A DNA stretch of 64,000 nt. Source: a virus. Each line of letters opens with the position of its first letter. Position 1 is the stretch's first letter. The DNA lies in the IMG/VR virus record IMGVR_UViG_3300029951_000020, positions 1-64,000 of that record; one strand, written 5' to 3'. The translations under genes were made by a program, and so were the position numbers. This document shows positions 15,467 to 25,044 of the stretch, one piece after another. The notes under the pieces were generated by a model. The model was not told the origin of the DNA and made no database searches. It worked only from the letters and a program-made list of their open reading frames with translations.

Positions 15467-16979
15467 CCCCTCGCCTGCCTGCACCCACCTGCGTTCCGAC
15501 CTCCTCCAGTGCGGCAGGCTGCATCGCGATCAAACCGATGCCCAGCAATGCCCCGCTATCCAGCGAACCCGCCTGCCCTACCGCGCGGTCTTCCTGAGCA
15601 AGCCGGAGTCGCTCCTGCACGAAGATCCCGAACTGGCCCAGCCTATCGAGTGGGCGCCCGGCGTTCCTGCCGTATGGATTCCACAGGATGACACCATCGT
15701 CGACGCGCGGCGCAGGAACGAGATCGCCGAGGTCAAGCGCCAGGGCAACATTCGGCGCGACGCCATCAAGACGATGCGAACCGAGGAAAAGCAGTTCCTG
15801 GACTACGAGCGCCTCCAGAACTCCCCGCATGGCGCCCACTTCAAACAGCCCCACAACGAGCCCCACAATTTCACCGTGTTCCTGGTCGATCCCAAGACCG
15901 CGCACAGCAAGCTGTTCATCGTTAAAGCTGTGCGTCCGGCGCACCTGTGGCACCGTATGGACGCTGCCTTCTTCTTCCCGGCGCGCGACGCCTACGACCA
16001 TTTTCTGGTGCAGGGCGCCGATCCTCGCAGCATGACATCCTGGATGGCGCCCGGCATGATGCCGTGCAAGTATAGCGGCGAGATGACGGACAAGCGCCGC
16101 GGGGTGCGCCACCCCTTCGTTTTACTGGGCAACCAGCACTGTTTTTCGTGGAGGGAACTGGAAGCCGGCAACAAGGAGCGCCACTTCTTCCGCGTCAGCC
16201 CCGAGTACTACCTGCGCATTGGCCATAACGACATCGTAGAGATGCACATAGTGCTTGACCGCCATACCGACCCCATCACGCTCAGCAAGCCGATAGCCTG
16301 CTGCGGTAGCCGCTTCGAGCTGGGCGCGTGGCTTTCGGACAAGCGGCGGCGCAAGCATATGCCCCCTTACTTTCACCTGTCCGAGGAGTTTACCGACGTC
16401 CGGATCAGGGACGTGATCGACAGCTGCCAGCACGCCGATCCTGATGCTACTGGCGGCATCCACACGATGTACAGCTTTCGCCGCAAGACCGAGAATCACG
16501 CGTGGCTAGGCTTCTACAAGGCGCCGCACGCTCCGCTCTACCTACAGCAGACCGACGGCGGCCTGGGCAAGCGCCTCAAGAAGCTGCAGGACCAGCGCGA
16601 GAACATGACACCGCCGCGTCCTGATCCCGACTACGAGTTTGCCACGTCGATCAGTTTTGAGTACTTCGCCCAGAAGATGACCCAGCACTACGCCCTATTC
16701 ACGCTGGGCGGCGGCAAGAAGATGAAGGGGGACGGGCAGGACTTGTCCCGCGGCGAGTTTCAGCAGGAGTGCGACACCTTCTACGAGGATATCCAGTGGC
16801 TCAACGCGCATTCTGAGAACTGGGAGGGGAGTTTTCACCATATCCGATTCTCCAAGTTCGCGAGCCGATGCCGCCTGGTGGCGCACATGTACAAGGGCCG
16901 GTTGATGCTGTGCGACAGACCGATCGGCAACATGGTCTTCGACGACTGCAAGAACGGCTTTTACATATCAAGAGGTTGA
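15459..16979 (+). CDS. large orphan early protein (506 aa)
   Basis: Track ORF with protein-like, non-repetitive composition. I recognise no family signature. Confidence 0.7.
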   Translation: MTDPSPACTHLRSDLLQCGRLHRDQTDAQQCPAIQRTRLPYRAVFLSKPESLLHEDPELAQPIEWAPGVPAVWIPQDDTIVDARRRNEIAEVKRQGNIRRDAIKTMRTEEKQFLDYERLQNSPHGAHFKQPHNEPHNFTVFLVDPKTAHSKLFIVKAVRPAHLWHRMDAAFFFPARDAYDHFLVQGADPRSMTSWMAPGMMPCKYSGEMTDKRRGVRHPFVLLGNQHCFSWRELEAGNKERHFFRVSPEYYLRIGHNDIVEMHIVLDRHTDPITLSKPIACCGSRFELGAWLSDKRRRKHMPPYFHLSEEFTDVRIRDVIDSCQHADPDATGGIHTMYSFRRKTENHAWLGFYKAPHAPLYLQQTDGGLGKRLKKLQDQRENMTPPRPDPDYEFATSISFEYFAQKMTQHYALFTLGGGKKMKGDGQDLSRGEFQQECDTFYEDIQWLNAHSENWEGSFHHIRFSKFASRCRLVAHMYKGRLMLCDRPIGNMVFDDCKNGFYISRG

Positions 16980-16983
16980 GATT

Positions 16984-17385
16984 ATGCAGACGATGAGTGC
17001 GGCTCATAAATATGACAACGAAACATGGGGCCAGGACGCGGTCCACAGTGGCTGCATTTATTGCGGTCCATCGGGTATGACGCCGGAACTCTACGCGCGT
17101 CTCTGGTGGCGCATGCGTAAGATGCGCCTGGGCCATCCAAGAACGGTGTTCGAGGTGTGGGGCAGCTACGACTACAAGCGCGCCAAGAAGCCCGAAATAC
17201 GCTACGCCGATAGGCTGTCGATCATCAAGGATTTCGGCGGCCACGAAGTGTTCGACAAGGTAGTATATCTGTGGCGTATCTATGGCCAGCAGGAGAAAGA
17301 CTGGAAGATGCCGGGGATGAGCGAAGAACACATTGCGCTCGCCAGGGAACTACCAAAATTCATTGAATTGGTGCCGCGTCCATGA
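16984..17385 (+). CDS. hypothetical protein (133 aa)
   Basis: Track ORF. Confidence 0.6.
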   Translation: MQTMSAAHKYDNETWGQDAVHSGCIYCGPSGMTPELYARLWWRMRKMRLGHPRTVFEVWGSYDYKRAKKPEIRYADRLSIIKDFGGHEVFDKVVYLWRIYGQQEKDWKMPGMSEEHIALARELPKFIELVPRP

Positions 17386-17538
17386 CTGACCGTTCGTCTG
17401 CTCATCGTTCCAGCAACTGCGGTCTGGTGCCCATAACGACAAGGTCGCACCGCAGGAACGTCACGTATACGAGACCGTACGCCAGGAAGCGCAGCGATTG
17501 GGCCTGTCGATCAGCGAGATTCGGCGTCGTCGTAACAG

Positions 17539-17571
17539 TTGACACTCCCGTTGTCACTATGACATAGTGAC
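17539..17571 (+). promoter_or_regulatory. putative promoter with a palindromic operator
   Basis: TTGACA at 17539-17544. A 9-bp perfect inverted repeat GTCACTATG-A-CATAGTGAC (17553-17571) covers the -10 region. The leader CACAGAAAAGGAACGC follows. Confidence 0.4.
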
Positions 17572-17607
17572 ACCACACACAGAAAAGGAACGCAGGAGCA
17601 CCCCGAT

Positions 17608-17904
17608 ATGACACGACTATTCACCCGCCACGCCACCACAGTCGAGTTCCTCACCGCCTGCGCCCAGCGCAACTGGGCGACCGACACCGCGCGCTACGAT
17701 GCCGGATGGGACCATATCGCGGTCACATTCAACAAGGGCAACGCCTATGGCCGCTTCCTCTACAACGTCGTCAACGGCCGCTTTTTCGGCTCGGTCGTGA
17801 TCGGCAAAGCGCACGCCGAATTCTCCAGCGACGATCAGCTGGACGGCGAGCCCTGGTTCGACGAGCTGCTGTCGGTGTGCATGCGGGACGAGGTGACGGC
17901 GTGA
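17608..17904 (+). CDS. hypothetical protein (98 aa)
   Basis: Track ORF. Confidence 0.6.
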   Translation: MTRLFTRHATTVEFLTACAQRNWATDTARYDAGWDHIAVTFNKGNAYGRFLYNVVNGRFFGSVVIGKAHAEFSSDDQLDGEPWFDELLSVCMRDEVTA

Positions 17905-18116
17905 AAATCGTCAACACCGACAACCACGGCGGCGACTACCCCGACGAGAAGTTCCTGCAAGTGGGCGACTACCCGCTCGGCTTCTCGATCTACGACAAGG
18001 ACTACGCCGATCGCATCTGCGCTGCCCTCAACAGCCACCCGGCCGCGGACAACTTTCCACGGTTCTACAAGGTCGTCTCCGACGACTACAAGCTGCAGCC
18101 GGGGTTCGAACCATGA
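17901..18116 (+). CDS. hypothetical protein (71 aa)
   Basis: GTGA overlap at 17901-17904. Confidence 0.5.
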   Translation: MKIVNTDNHGGDYPDEKFLQVGDYPLGFSIYDKDYADRICAALNSHPAADNFPRFYKVVSDDYKLQPGFEP

Positions 18117-18307
18117 GCGTGACAAGATGGAAGGACAATATCCGGCGTCGTGCCGCGCCCCTCAGCATCGCCCAGAAGCTCGCACGGGCGGAAGTAGCGC
18201 GTAGGCGCCAGTGTCCTGAGTGCGGCGCGCTTCGCCCAAGCCTCCGGGGCAACGTGGGCGAGTATGGCCCATGCCGCGTATGTACTCCCGGCGGAGGCTG
18301 TCACTGA
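18113..18307 (+). CDS. basic Cys-containing protein (64 aa)
   Basis: Track ORF. Confidence 0.45.
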   Translation: MSVTRWKDNIRRRAAPLSIAQKLARAEVARRRQCPECGALRPSLRGNVGEYGPCRVCTPGGGCH

Positions 18308-18663
18308 TGATCTTCCACTCCCTCCACCAATCCCCAAGCGCCCTCATTACCCTCACGCTCGCCGAGGTCGAAGCCATCCGAACCTGCGCCTCGATGCACT
18401 ACGACGCGAAGTGCAAGGCGTCCGCCGAATGCGGCGGCTTCCTGTGGGGCTGGCGGACTGTGTTCCAGTGGGCCGAGCAGGAGAATGAACCCTGGGCCAC
18501 CGTCACCACCACCTTCCGTGAATGCGACACAGTCCTGAAGATCCTCGAATTCAGTTGTCCCAAGGTCGACTACGCCGTGCGCCGTAGGCTCAGCCGCTTC
18601 TTCTGGGGCGTGTGCGACACGCTCAACAACAGCGTCACGACAACGCAGCACGAGGAAGTATGA
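18307..18663 (+). CDS. hypothetical protein (118 aa)
   Basis: Frame of 18220..18663, trimmed to ATG 18307 (TGATG junction with the upstream stop). Confidence 0.5.
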   Translation: MIFHSLHQSPSALITLTLAEVEAIRTCASMHYDAKCKASAECGGFLWGWRTVFQWAEQENEPWATVTTTFRECDTVLKILEFSCPKVDYAVRRRLSRFFWGVCDTLNNSVTTTQHEEV

Positions 18664-19082
18664 ACAAGGAACTCATCCTGGAGGCCCTGACAGTGGCCAG
18701 GGACGCGATGGACATGTCCGACCCGTGCTTGCCCGCGGGGTCTTCGACCGAGACCGTCGTGCGCGCTGCGGTCACACAGGTTGATGAGGCCATCGCCCAT
18801 ATTGAAACGATGTCTAAGATGGTCTCGCCGGAGGAGGCAGAACTCAAGGAACTACGTGACTACAAGCGCACTGCCGCTGCACTGATGACTCAGGGATCAG
18901 CCAAGATCAACGACCTCATCGAGCAGAAGACCCTGCTGCGTACAGCGCTTGTCGAAGCCAGATCAGCGCAGGACTACGCCGTGTCGTATGGGCACCTGCC
19001 AGAGGCTCGGGAGGATGTTGTTGCCGCATTCGAGCACGCGGACATGCTGCGCGAAGAAGCGTTGCAGAAGGTGCCGGCATGA
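18660..19082 (+). CDS. hypothetical coiled-coil protein (140 aa)
   Basis: ATGA overlap at 18660-18663. Confidence 0.5.
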   Translation: MNKELILEALTVARDAMDMSDPCLPAGSSTETVVRAAVTQVDEAIAHIETMSKMVSPEEAELKELRDYKRTAAALMTQGSAKINDLIEQKTLLRTALVEARSAQDYAVSYGHLPEAREDVVAAFEHADMLREEALQKVPA

Positions 19083-19513
19083 ACACCTGGCAATCCTTCG
19101 CCACCCACTGGCCCACGATCCGCAAGACCGTCAACGGCATGGACCCGAACGCCGAGGCGACGTGCGCCGTCCTGGTCACCAACAACCTCAACGCGCGCAA
19201 CGCCGCCGGCTCGATGAGCCACGTCTGGTGGGCCGTGCCGCACCGCGTCGAGCAGTCCGGCAAGCACGCCGACAAGGGATCGGTGATGGGCTGGGTGGAG
19301 AGCGGCGGATCGGTGTACAACCTGACGCACTTCATGGAGATCCGCGAGGTGAGCGAGCCCGATGTGACACCCAGCATCCACGTCGTTGAGTACGGGGACA
19401 CACTGTCGAGCATCGCCCAGCGTTACGGTGTGTCGGTGGCGCTGCTGCTCCAAAGGAACATGATCGCCGACCCAGAGATGATCTACATCGGCGCCAAGCT
19501 GAGAATACGATGA
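19079..19513 (+). CDS. LysM-domain protein (144 aa)
   Basis: The C-terminal HVVEYGDTLSSIAQRYGVSVALLLQRNMIADPEMIYIGAKLRI matches the LysM pattern. Confidence 0.7.
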   Translation: MNTWQSFATHWPTIRKTVNGMDPNAEATCAVLVTNNLNARNAAGSMSHVWWAVPHRVEQSGKHADKGSVMGWVESGGSVYNLTHFMEIREVSEPDVTPSIHVVEYGDTLSSIAQRYGVSVALLLQRNMIADPEMIYIGAKLRIR

Positions 19514-19707
19514 ACCACACCGACTGCATCACCAAGATCAACACCCTGCTCGCCCCATACAACACGGAGCTGCAGCCCATATTCTCCTTCACTGGCGATG
19601 CTCCGCAGCGCATCGCGGTCTGCACGTCGAAGATCGACGCCAAGAAGCGCGGTCAGCCGAAGATGCTGTTCGCCACGTTCTGCCCGTTCTGCGGCGTGAA
19701 GCTGTGA
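19510..19707 (+). CDS. hypothetical protein (65 aa)
   Basis: Track ORF. Confidence 0.5.
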   Translation: MNHTDCITKINTLLAPYNTELQPIFSFTGDAPQRIAVCTSKIDAKKRGQPKMLFATFCPFCGVKL

Positions 19708-20018
19708 GAACGTACGCACTGCGCGAACCTTCTACCGGCTACTATATGCCGGCGCGACGTGGCCGCGGGTTCACGAACGACGAGCCAGTCAAGAGTGGCG
19801 GCTACTGGGGTCCGCGCTTCTTCAAGTCGGAGCACGCTGCGAAGTGCGCGCTGCGTGCCTGGGAGCGGGGTGTATGGATACGAAAGCGCACAGGTTATAT
19901 GGAAGACTACGGCGAGGAGATCAAGATCAAGCCGAAGGACCACCGGATTGGGCGAGTCGCCGTAGTCTGTTTCTCCCTGCATGAACTGAAGAAGCTGCCC
20001 TATGACCCTTGCGAATGA
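19704..20018 (+). CDS. hypothetical protein (104 aa)
   Basis: Track ORF. Confidence 0.5.
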   Translation: MRTYALREPSTGYYMPARRGRGFTNDEPVKSGGYWGPRFFKSEHAAKCALRAWERGVWIRKRTGYMEDYGEEIKIKPKDHRIGRVAVVCFSLHELKKLPYDPCE

Positions 20019-20202
20019 GTTCCTCTGCTGCTGGTGCTGGCTCTACCGCCCAGCATCCATGCTCGCCAAGCGCATCGGCCCGCGCAAGCGTCCGCAGTGC
20101 AGGACGTGCGCGGATCGGATACTGAATCGGATCGTAGAGGCAACGAGCAGGCCGCAGCGATTTACGCAGGAAATCGTTGTGGACCGCTCCCGAACGAAGT
20201 GA
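20002..20202 (+). CDS. Cys-rich hypothetical protein (66 aa)
   Basis: Track ORF. Confidence 0.4.
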   Translation: MTLANEFLCCWCWLYRPASMLAKRIGPRKRPQCRTCADRILNRIVEATSRPQRFTQEIVVDRSRTK

Positions 20203-20209
20203 GGCGAAC

Positions 20210-20452
20210 ATGAACATCGAACAGGTCAAAGTCGACACGCTCCAAGAGTGGCACCTGTGCGAACCGCCCTGCAACGGTCGTCTCCAGTACAACTATGCTG
20301 CGGTCGGCAGCGCATACCACGACGACAGCAGACCAGGCTTTTACTTCTATCCGCACCAGTGCACCAAGTGCTTTGCCAGTTGGTGGCTGCGCGACACCTC
20401 GCCTAAGATCTCGTACCGCGAGCGCATCTACATCGGAGTTAGATTAAAGTGA
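20210..20452 (+). CDS. Cys-rich hypothetical protein (80 aa)
   Basis: Internal ATG of the 20177..20452 frame, preceded by CGAACGAAGTGAGG. Confidence 0.5.
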   Translation: MNIEQVKVDTLQEWHLCEPPCNGRLQYNYAAVGSAYHDDSRPGFYFYPHQCTKCFASWWLRDTSPKISYRERIYIGVRLK

Positions 20453-20781
20453 CAACCCTCGACCAATCCGCCTGCTACTGCGTCTACTGCGAGACCGTCA
20501 TCCCCGCGATGCCCGGCCTCCTGCTGCGCTACGTCATGATGGGCCACATCGAGTCCTGCGAAAAGCATCCGTTGGCGCTGGTGCGAAAGGAACTCGGCGC
20601 GATGCGGCAGCTGCGCAAGGAAGAGGGCGCGCGACTGCGCCGTATGGTCGTCAGCCTGGAGAACAAGATCGGCGTGCATGATGCAGAGGAGCTGTCCGAA
20701 CTCGCCGACGGTCTGGAGTGCGGCAATCCGTTGGGGGACTGCGGGTGCGAAGGTATGTGTTTTACGAGAGGTGACGAATGA
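20449..20781 (+). CDS. hypothetical protein (110 aa)
   Basis: Track ORF. Confidence 0.5.
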   Translation: MTTLDQSACYCVYCETVIPAMPGLLLRYVMMGHIESCEKHPLALVRKELGAMRQLRKEEGARLRRMVVSLENKIGVHDAEELSELADGLECGNPLGDCGCEGMCFTRGDE

Positions 20782-21275
20782 CCGCCCCCAAAGTAGACGA
20801 GGCCCTTATCGAGCGGCTGATGGAGTTGGATTCGGCGAGGACGCGAGAGGAGTGGTTTGCCTCCGCTCGCAAACTGTTTGAAGGCTTCGTTCTGCTGACC
20901 AAGAGCGGCAAAGCCTTGGGCGCGATGAACTACAAATCGGACGCCGCTTTCGTCGCCGCTGCCCCACAAATGATGCAGGCGATCCGTGCGCTGCTGGCCG
21001 AGCGGCAGGCACGGGCGGCGGAGTGCGACCGTATTGCTGATCTGGAAAGCGCCGTCACCGAATTGCGCGAAGCCTTGGACGATGCCGAATCGCATCTTGA
21101 TTACTGCGGCTGGGGCTCGTTCGCCGGTCAGGTTGATCCAGGACGAGCGCCGCTGGTGCTAAAGTTCCTAAGGGAGCATGGCGTTAAGCCCTTGGCACTG
21201 AAGCTCAACCGGGACGGATCGCCAATCCACCCGCTCTATGTCGGCTATGACGTGATGCCGCAGGTGATGCCATGA
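20778..21275 (+). CDS. hypothetical protein (165 aa)
   Basis: Track ORF. Confidence 0.55.
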   Translation: MTAPKVDEALIERLMELDSARTREEWFASARKLFEGFVLLTKSGKALGAMNYKSDAAFVAAAPQMMQAIRALLAERQARAAECDRIADLESAVTELREALDDAESHLDYCGWGSFAGQVDPGRAPLVLKFLREHGVKPLALKLNRDGSPIHPLYVGYDVMPQVMP

Positions 21276-21309
21276 AGATCGCCGCTTCCCAGGCTGCGGC
21301 GAAGGAGGG

Positions 21310-21513
21310 ATGATGAGTACAAAGATGAAACATGTGATCGGTCTGCGCGGCTACGCTATCGGCAAAGTCGGCGAGGACGGGTTCATTCCGGACACGATTG
21401 CGACAACCAAACAGCTATCCGCAATGCGCTTCCGCCTCTATCACCCTCGTCAGTGGCGATGGATCCATCAGTATCAATATGTTCGCGTCATAATCGCTGA
21501 GTCCCTCAAATGA
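21310..21513 (+). CDS. hypothetical protein (67 aa)
   Basis: Track ORF with GGAGGG upstream. Confidence 0.45.
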   Translation: MMSTKMKHVIGLRGYAIGKVGEDGFIPDTIATTKQLSAMRFRLYHPRQWRWIHQYQYVRVIIAESLK

Positions 21514-21806
21514 CCAAACCGACCGCCGTGCTTACTCCTTCGATGTCCAGAGTGCTTGCCGAGTACCTGCGTATATTTCTGCCAGGCGTGCAGAACCGGA
21601 AGATCGAACAATGCGCTGTAGCCGGCATTGTGGCGACCGACATCATCGCCGGTCTGCTGGCCCTTGCCAACGACCAGGCCCAGGTTGCGGTGAAGTGCGA
21701 GACGTGCGGCGGGAAAGGTTATTTCGGGTCGCGCAAGGTACAAGACAGCGAATGCGCTGACTGCCACAACGGCTGGCGCGTGGTTTCTGAAGGAGAAGGG
21801 AAGTGA
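21510..21806 (+). CDS. hypothetical protein with a C-terminal zinc-ribbon (98 aa)
   Basis: Track ORF. Contains CETCGGKG...CADCHNG. Confidence 0.5.
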   Translation: MTKPTAVLTPSMSRVLAEYLRIFLPGVQNRKIEQCAVAGIVATDIIAGLLALANDQAQVAVKCETCGGKGYFGSRKVQDSECADCHNGWRVVSEGEGK

Positions 21807-22141
21807 GCGACTGGCGTCTGACGTATCTGCACCAAAGACCGCGCGAATTTATTTGGCACATCCGCCAAGAGTTGGACAAGGCATTGAAGCGCCTAACAGA
21901 CGAGCGTGCGTCACGCCCCTTGCACGGATTGAAGGGGTACTATCCGAACGACAGGCGCGTGGTTCCTGAAATGTCTGAGAACCTTTACCCGATCAAAGCC
22001 GCAATGGACTGCTGCGCGACACAGATTGCGCATCTTGAGGGGCTGATCGCTGAGTACAAAGAACACCACGAATGCCTGGGCGCGATGGACTACCTGTTCC
22101 AGCGCGAAATCGACATTGCGATGTGCCGGAGGAAACCATGA
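21803..22141 (+). CDS. hypothetical protein (112 aa)
   Basis: Track ORF. Confidence 0.5.
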   Translation: MSDWRLTYLHQRPREFIWHIRQELDKALKRLTDERASRPLHGLKGYYPNDRRVVPEMSENLYPIKAAMDCCATQIAHLEGLIAEYKEHHECLGAMDYLFQREIDIAMCRRKP

Positions 22142-22295
22142 ACCAAGCCCCTGCGGAAGTGCTGTTGCCGTGAGCGCCTATTCTGATTCTGAGCTGTGGG
22201 AGATTTTCGCCGATGCAACACTTGCTCAATGCCCTGTGGCCGATCTTGTTCTGTTTGATTTCTTTGTTTGGCCTCTGGATAGTTAGGAGAAAGCC

Positions 22296-23000
22296 ATGAA
22301 GTGTATTTGTTGTGGATCATCGCGATTGACTGGTTCCGAATTGTCGTGGCTTAACTGCAACGATTGCGGCGCTCAATGGGACCAATCCAAGCGCACTGCC
22401 GATGCGGTGCCTGAGCGCACTGCTTGTCCGAATTGCGATTGCCCTGAACTGGATTATCGCTGCCGAGGATGCAGCGCCACATTCACCAAGCAGGACTGCA
22501 AGACTGCCACTCCCCAAATCGCCCCGGCCGTGCGCGGGGATGAGTCTGACCCCATCGAAGAACTACAGCGCCCCGCACGCGAGGCCAAGTTCGCGGAATT
22601 CATCGCGTCAGTGCCGGAGGACGCTGCTGCGCCTGCGGCTTCTTCGGATGAGCCTGACGATCTGGGGAATCTGGAATCCTTACGTGATGCCGCGCATACC
22701 GTTCTTGCAGCCTTCGACAACGGGCACAAGAAGCATATGTCGGAAACCGCAATTCCTTATCTTCGTGATGTGCTGGAATCTCTGTCGGAAGCCGATGCCG
22801 AAAAAATTCTCGCCCCTCCCGCCCCTGCGCCACTGGGGGAAGATGAGGAGAGGGCGCGGTTTGAGGTACACCGTAGCCTGCACTGGCCGCATCTGACGCG
22901 GGAACCGGATCACAGTATCGGTAATCAGGTCGCACGGGACTTCTGGAAAGCCCGGGCCCGACTCGGCGGAAAGCGGAAGCCGCAATCCGACGAGCGGTAA
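22296..23000 (+). CDS. multi-zinc-ribbon protein with an acidic linker (234 aa)
   Basis: Track ORF. Contains CICCGS..CNDCG, CPNCDC..CRGC. AGGAG upstream. Confidence 0.6.
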   Translation: MKCICCGSSRLTGSELSWLNCNDCGAQWDQSKRTADAVPERTACPNCDCPELDYRCRGCSATFTKQDCKTATPQIAPAVRGDESDPIEELQRPAREAKFAEFIASVPEDAAAPAASSDEPDDLGNLESLRDAAHTVLAAFDNGHKKHMSETAIPYLRDVLESLSEADAEKILAPPAPAPLGEDEERARFEVHRSLHWPHLTREPDHSIGNQVARDFWKARARLGGKRKPQSDER

Positions 23001-23075
23001 AATAACACTTGTCAAATCGCCAAAGTCGGAGTATCGTTGCACCAGGGATCAACAACGAAGGGACACATACCGATC

Positions 23076-23273
23076 ATGCAGAACCGAATCAACCTCAACG
23101 AGCCCGAACTGGGCGCAGTGATCGCCGGCCTGGTCGTGCTGAGCGCGCAGATGCAGGCGAACCCGCAGATCGTCGTCAGCGTGCGGGACATCCTTGGGCA
23201 GAACGGGCACTGCCTGCCGCTGTCGCACGTCGAGATCCGCGACCTGGCGCAGCGGCTGGATACAGGGGTGTAG
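23076..23273 (+). CDS. hypothetical protein (65 aa)
   Basis: Internal ATG of the 23037..23273 frame. Confidence 0.45.
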   Translation: MQNRINLNEPELGAVIAGLVVLSAQMQANPQIVVSVRDILGQNGHCLPLSHVEIRDLAQRLDTGV

Positions 23274-23277
23274 GACG

Positions 23278-23475
23278 ATGATCCATACGAAGACCCACCA
23301 CAAAACCCTGAACACGATATACGCCTGCGACATACCCGTGCGCCTGGTCCGGATGAAGCAGGAGGCCGTTGATATGGGCCTGTTCAAGACAGCTGCAGCG
23401 CTCGATCTGGCGATGGAGCGCGTCGGCTGGGAGCTGGCCGCCAGGCGCGAGAGGCTGGAGGGGGTGTCGTCGTGA
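23278..23475 (+). CDS. hypothetical protein (65 aa)
   Basis: Internal ATG of the 23194..23475 frame. Confidence 0.45.
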   Translation: MIHTKTHHKTLNTIYACDIPVRLVRMKQEAVDMGLFKTAAALDLAMERVGWELAARRERLEGVSS

Positions 23476-24596
23476 CCCAAGCCACCCAGACCCTCAAAGC
23501 CGTCTCCAACGTTCTCGGCTTCAGCAAGACCTACGAGCTGCCGCTGGCCAAGGGCTACGTGCGCCATTGGGGCATGGCCGAGGCCGTCCGTGAGCTGCTC
23601 CAGAACGCGCTCGACTCGGAGTCGCCGTTCGAGTATGAGTGGATTGACCGGGATGACGCGGCCGGCAGCGACCTGCTGATCCGCAGCCGCTACACCACAC
23701 TCGACCCCTCATCCCTGCTCCTGGGCGCGACGACCAAGGCCGAGCGCACCGACACGATCGGCAGCTTCGGCGAAGGCTACAAGATCGCGCTGCTGGTTCT
23801 CGCGCGCCAGGGCTACGACGTCACCGTCTACAACGGCGAGCGTATCTGGACCCCGCATTTTCGGGAAAGCAGGCAGTTCGGCGCCGAGGTGCTGTGCATC
23901 AGCGACCATCCGTCGCCGCAGCCCAACGAGGGTCTGACATTTCGCGTCAGCGGCCTGTCGCCGGACGACTGCGCGCAGATCATATCGACCTGCCTGCCGA
24001 TGCAGCCGGAGTTGGGCGAGACCATCACGACAACGAAGGGCCGCATCCTTCTAGGCAAGCCGGGCAAGCTGTACGTCGGCGGTCTGTTCGTGTGCGACAC
24101 GAAGATGCGCTACGGCTACGACGTGAAGCCGGAGCACCTTCGGCTTGAGCGCGATAGGCAGACGGTATCGACCTTCGACCTGGCGTTCATAACCAAGGAG
24201 TTCTGGTTCGAGTCCGGCCGCCACGAGGCGGTGGGCCAGATGATCGCCGACAACGTGCCCGACCTGGAGTACGGCAACTACAACTGCCCGGAGCTGGTCA
24301 AGGAGGTGTGCTACAGCATCTTCCGCAAGCGCCATCCAGGCAAGATCATCGCCAACAGCCCGGAGGAGGTTGAGCGCTACGTCAAGCAGGGCATGACGGA
24401 GGTGGTCTACGTTGGCGGCGCCATGTACGGCGCCGTGAAGGAGTCGAACTCCTACAAGACGGAGGTCACCATCAAGCTGAAGTCCCCCTACGAGATCCTC
24501 GCTGACTGGCTCAAGCTGAACCGCAAGCATATGCGGCGCGACGGCATCATCGCCTTTCGCAGGCTGATCGAGGACGCGGTCAAGTGGAAAATCTGA
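23472..24596 (+). CDS. GHKL (HATPase_c-like) ATPase-fold protein (374 aa)
   Basis: N-box RELLQNALDS and G2-box IGSFGEGYK are present. There is no clear DxGxG box. Confidence 0.6.
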   Translation: MTQATQTLKAVSNVLGFSKTYELPLAKGYVRHWGMAEAVRELLQNALDSESPFEYEWIDRDDAAGSDLLIRSRYTTLDPSSLLLGATTKAERTDTIGSFGEGYKIALLVLARQGYDVTVYNGERIWTPHFRESRQFGAEVLCISDHPSPQPNEGLTFRVSGLSPDDCAQIISTCLPMQPELGETITTTKGRILLGKPGKLYVGGLFVCDTKMRYGYDVKPEHLRLERDRQTVSTFDLAFITKEFWFESGRHEAVGQMIADNVPDLEYGNYNCPELVKEVCYSIFRKRHPGKIIANSPEEVERYVKQGMTEVVYVGGAMYGAVKESNSYKTEVTIKLKSPYEILADWLKLNRKHMRRDGIIAFRRLIEDAVKWKI

Positions 24597-24622
24597 GAGA
24601 CCGGGTGGAAAGGGAGATGCGC

Positions 24623-24832
24623 ATGGAAAATATCAAGCATGATCTGTGGTTCCTCGCCGTCGTCCTGGCGATGATTGCCATGTTCTACCTGGTCGGTGTG
24701 CACGTACCGCCAATCCAGTCCCGCGTCCACGCATCGAACAACCTGCACATCAACTGCAGCATCAGCTACGACGAACGCGGCGAGATCGCGCAGTGCGATG
24801 ACGGGACCGTGTATCCGGTGAATCGGGAATGA
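24623..24832 (+). CDS. small membrane protein (69 aa)
   Basis: ATG 24623 lies 6 nt after GGGAG. Contains a transmembrane segment, LWFLAVVLAMIAMFYLVGV. Confidence 0.4.
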   Translation: MENIKHDLWFLAVVLAMIAMFYLVGVHVPPIQSRVHASNNLHINCSISYDERGEIAQCDDGTVYPVNRE

Positions 24833-25044
24833 GCGTGGACAAGTGCCCAATCTGTTCTGGTGACCGCAATGCAGACACCGCTTCTGTGAGGAAGGCCGTG
24901 CATGAAGCGGGCCTGAAGCGCGAGCGTGTTGATCCAGGTGGCAGAGTGCTGACGTTCTATGACGGCGGCGAATTGCGGCTGAGCGATCAGTGCAATACCT
25001 GTGACAGCAAGGAAATACTTCATTTTCTGGCGGTGCGCGGATGA
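24829..25044 (+). CDS. hypothetical protein (71 aa)
   Basis: Track ORF. Confidence 0.45.
   Translation: MSVDKCPICSGDRNADTASVRKAVHEAGLKRERVDPGGRVLTFYDGGELRLSDQCNTCDSKEILHFLAVRG

Noticed and set aside
17382-17567. 61-aa ORF between 16984..17385 and 17608..17904.
   Set aside because: It is Arg/Ser/Thr-rich and runs through a promoter and palindromic operator (17539-17571). The region is more likely regulatory.
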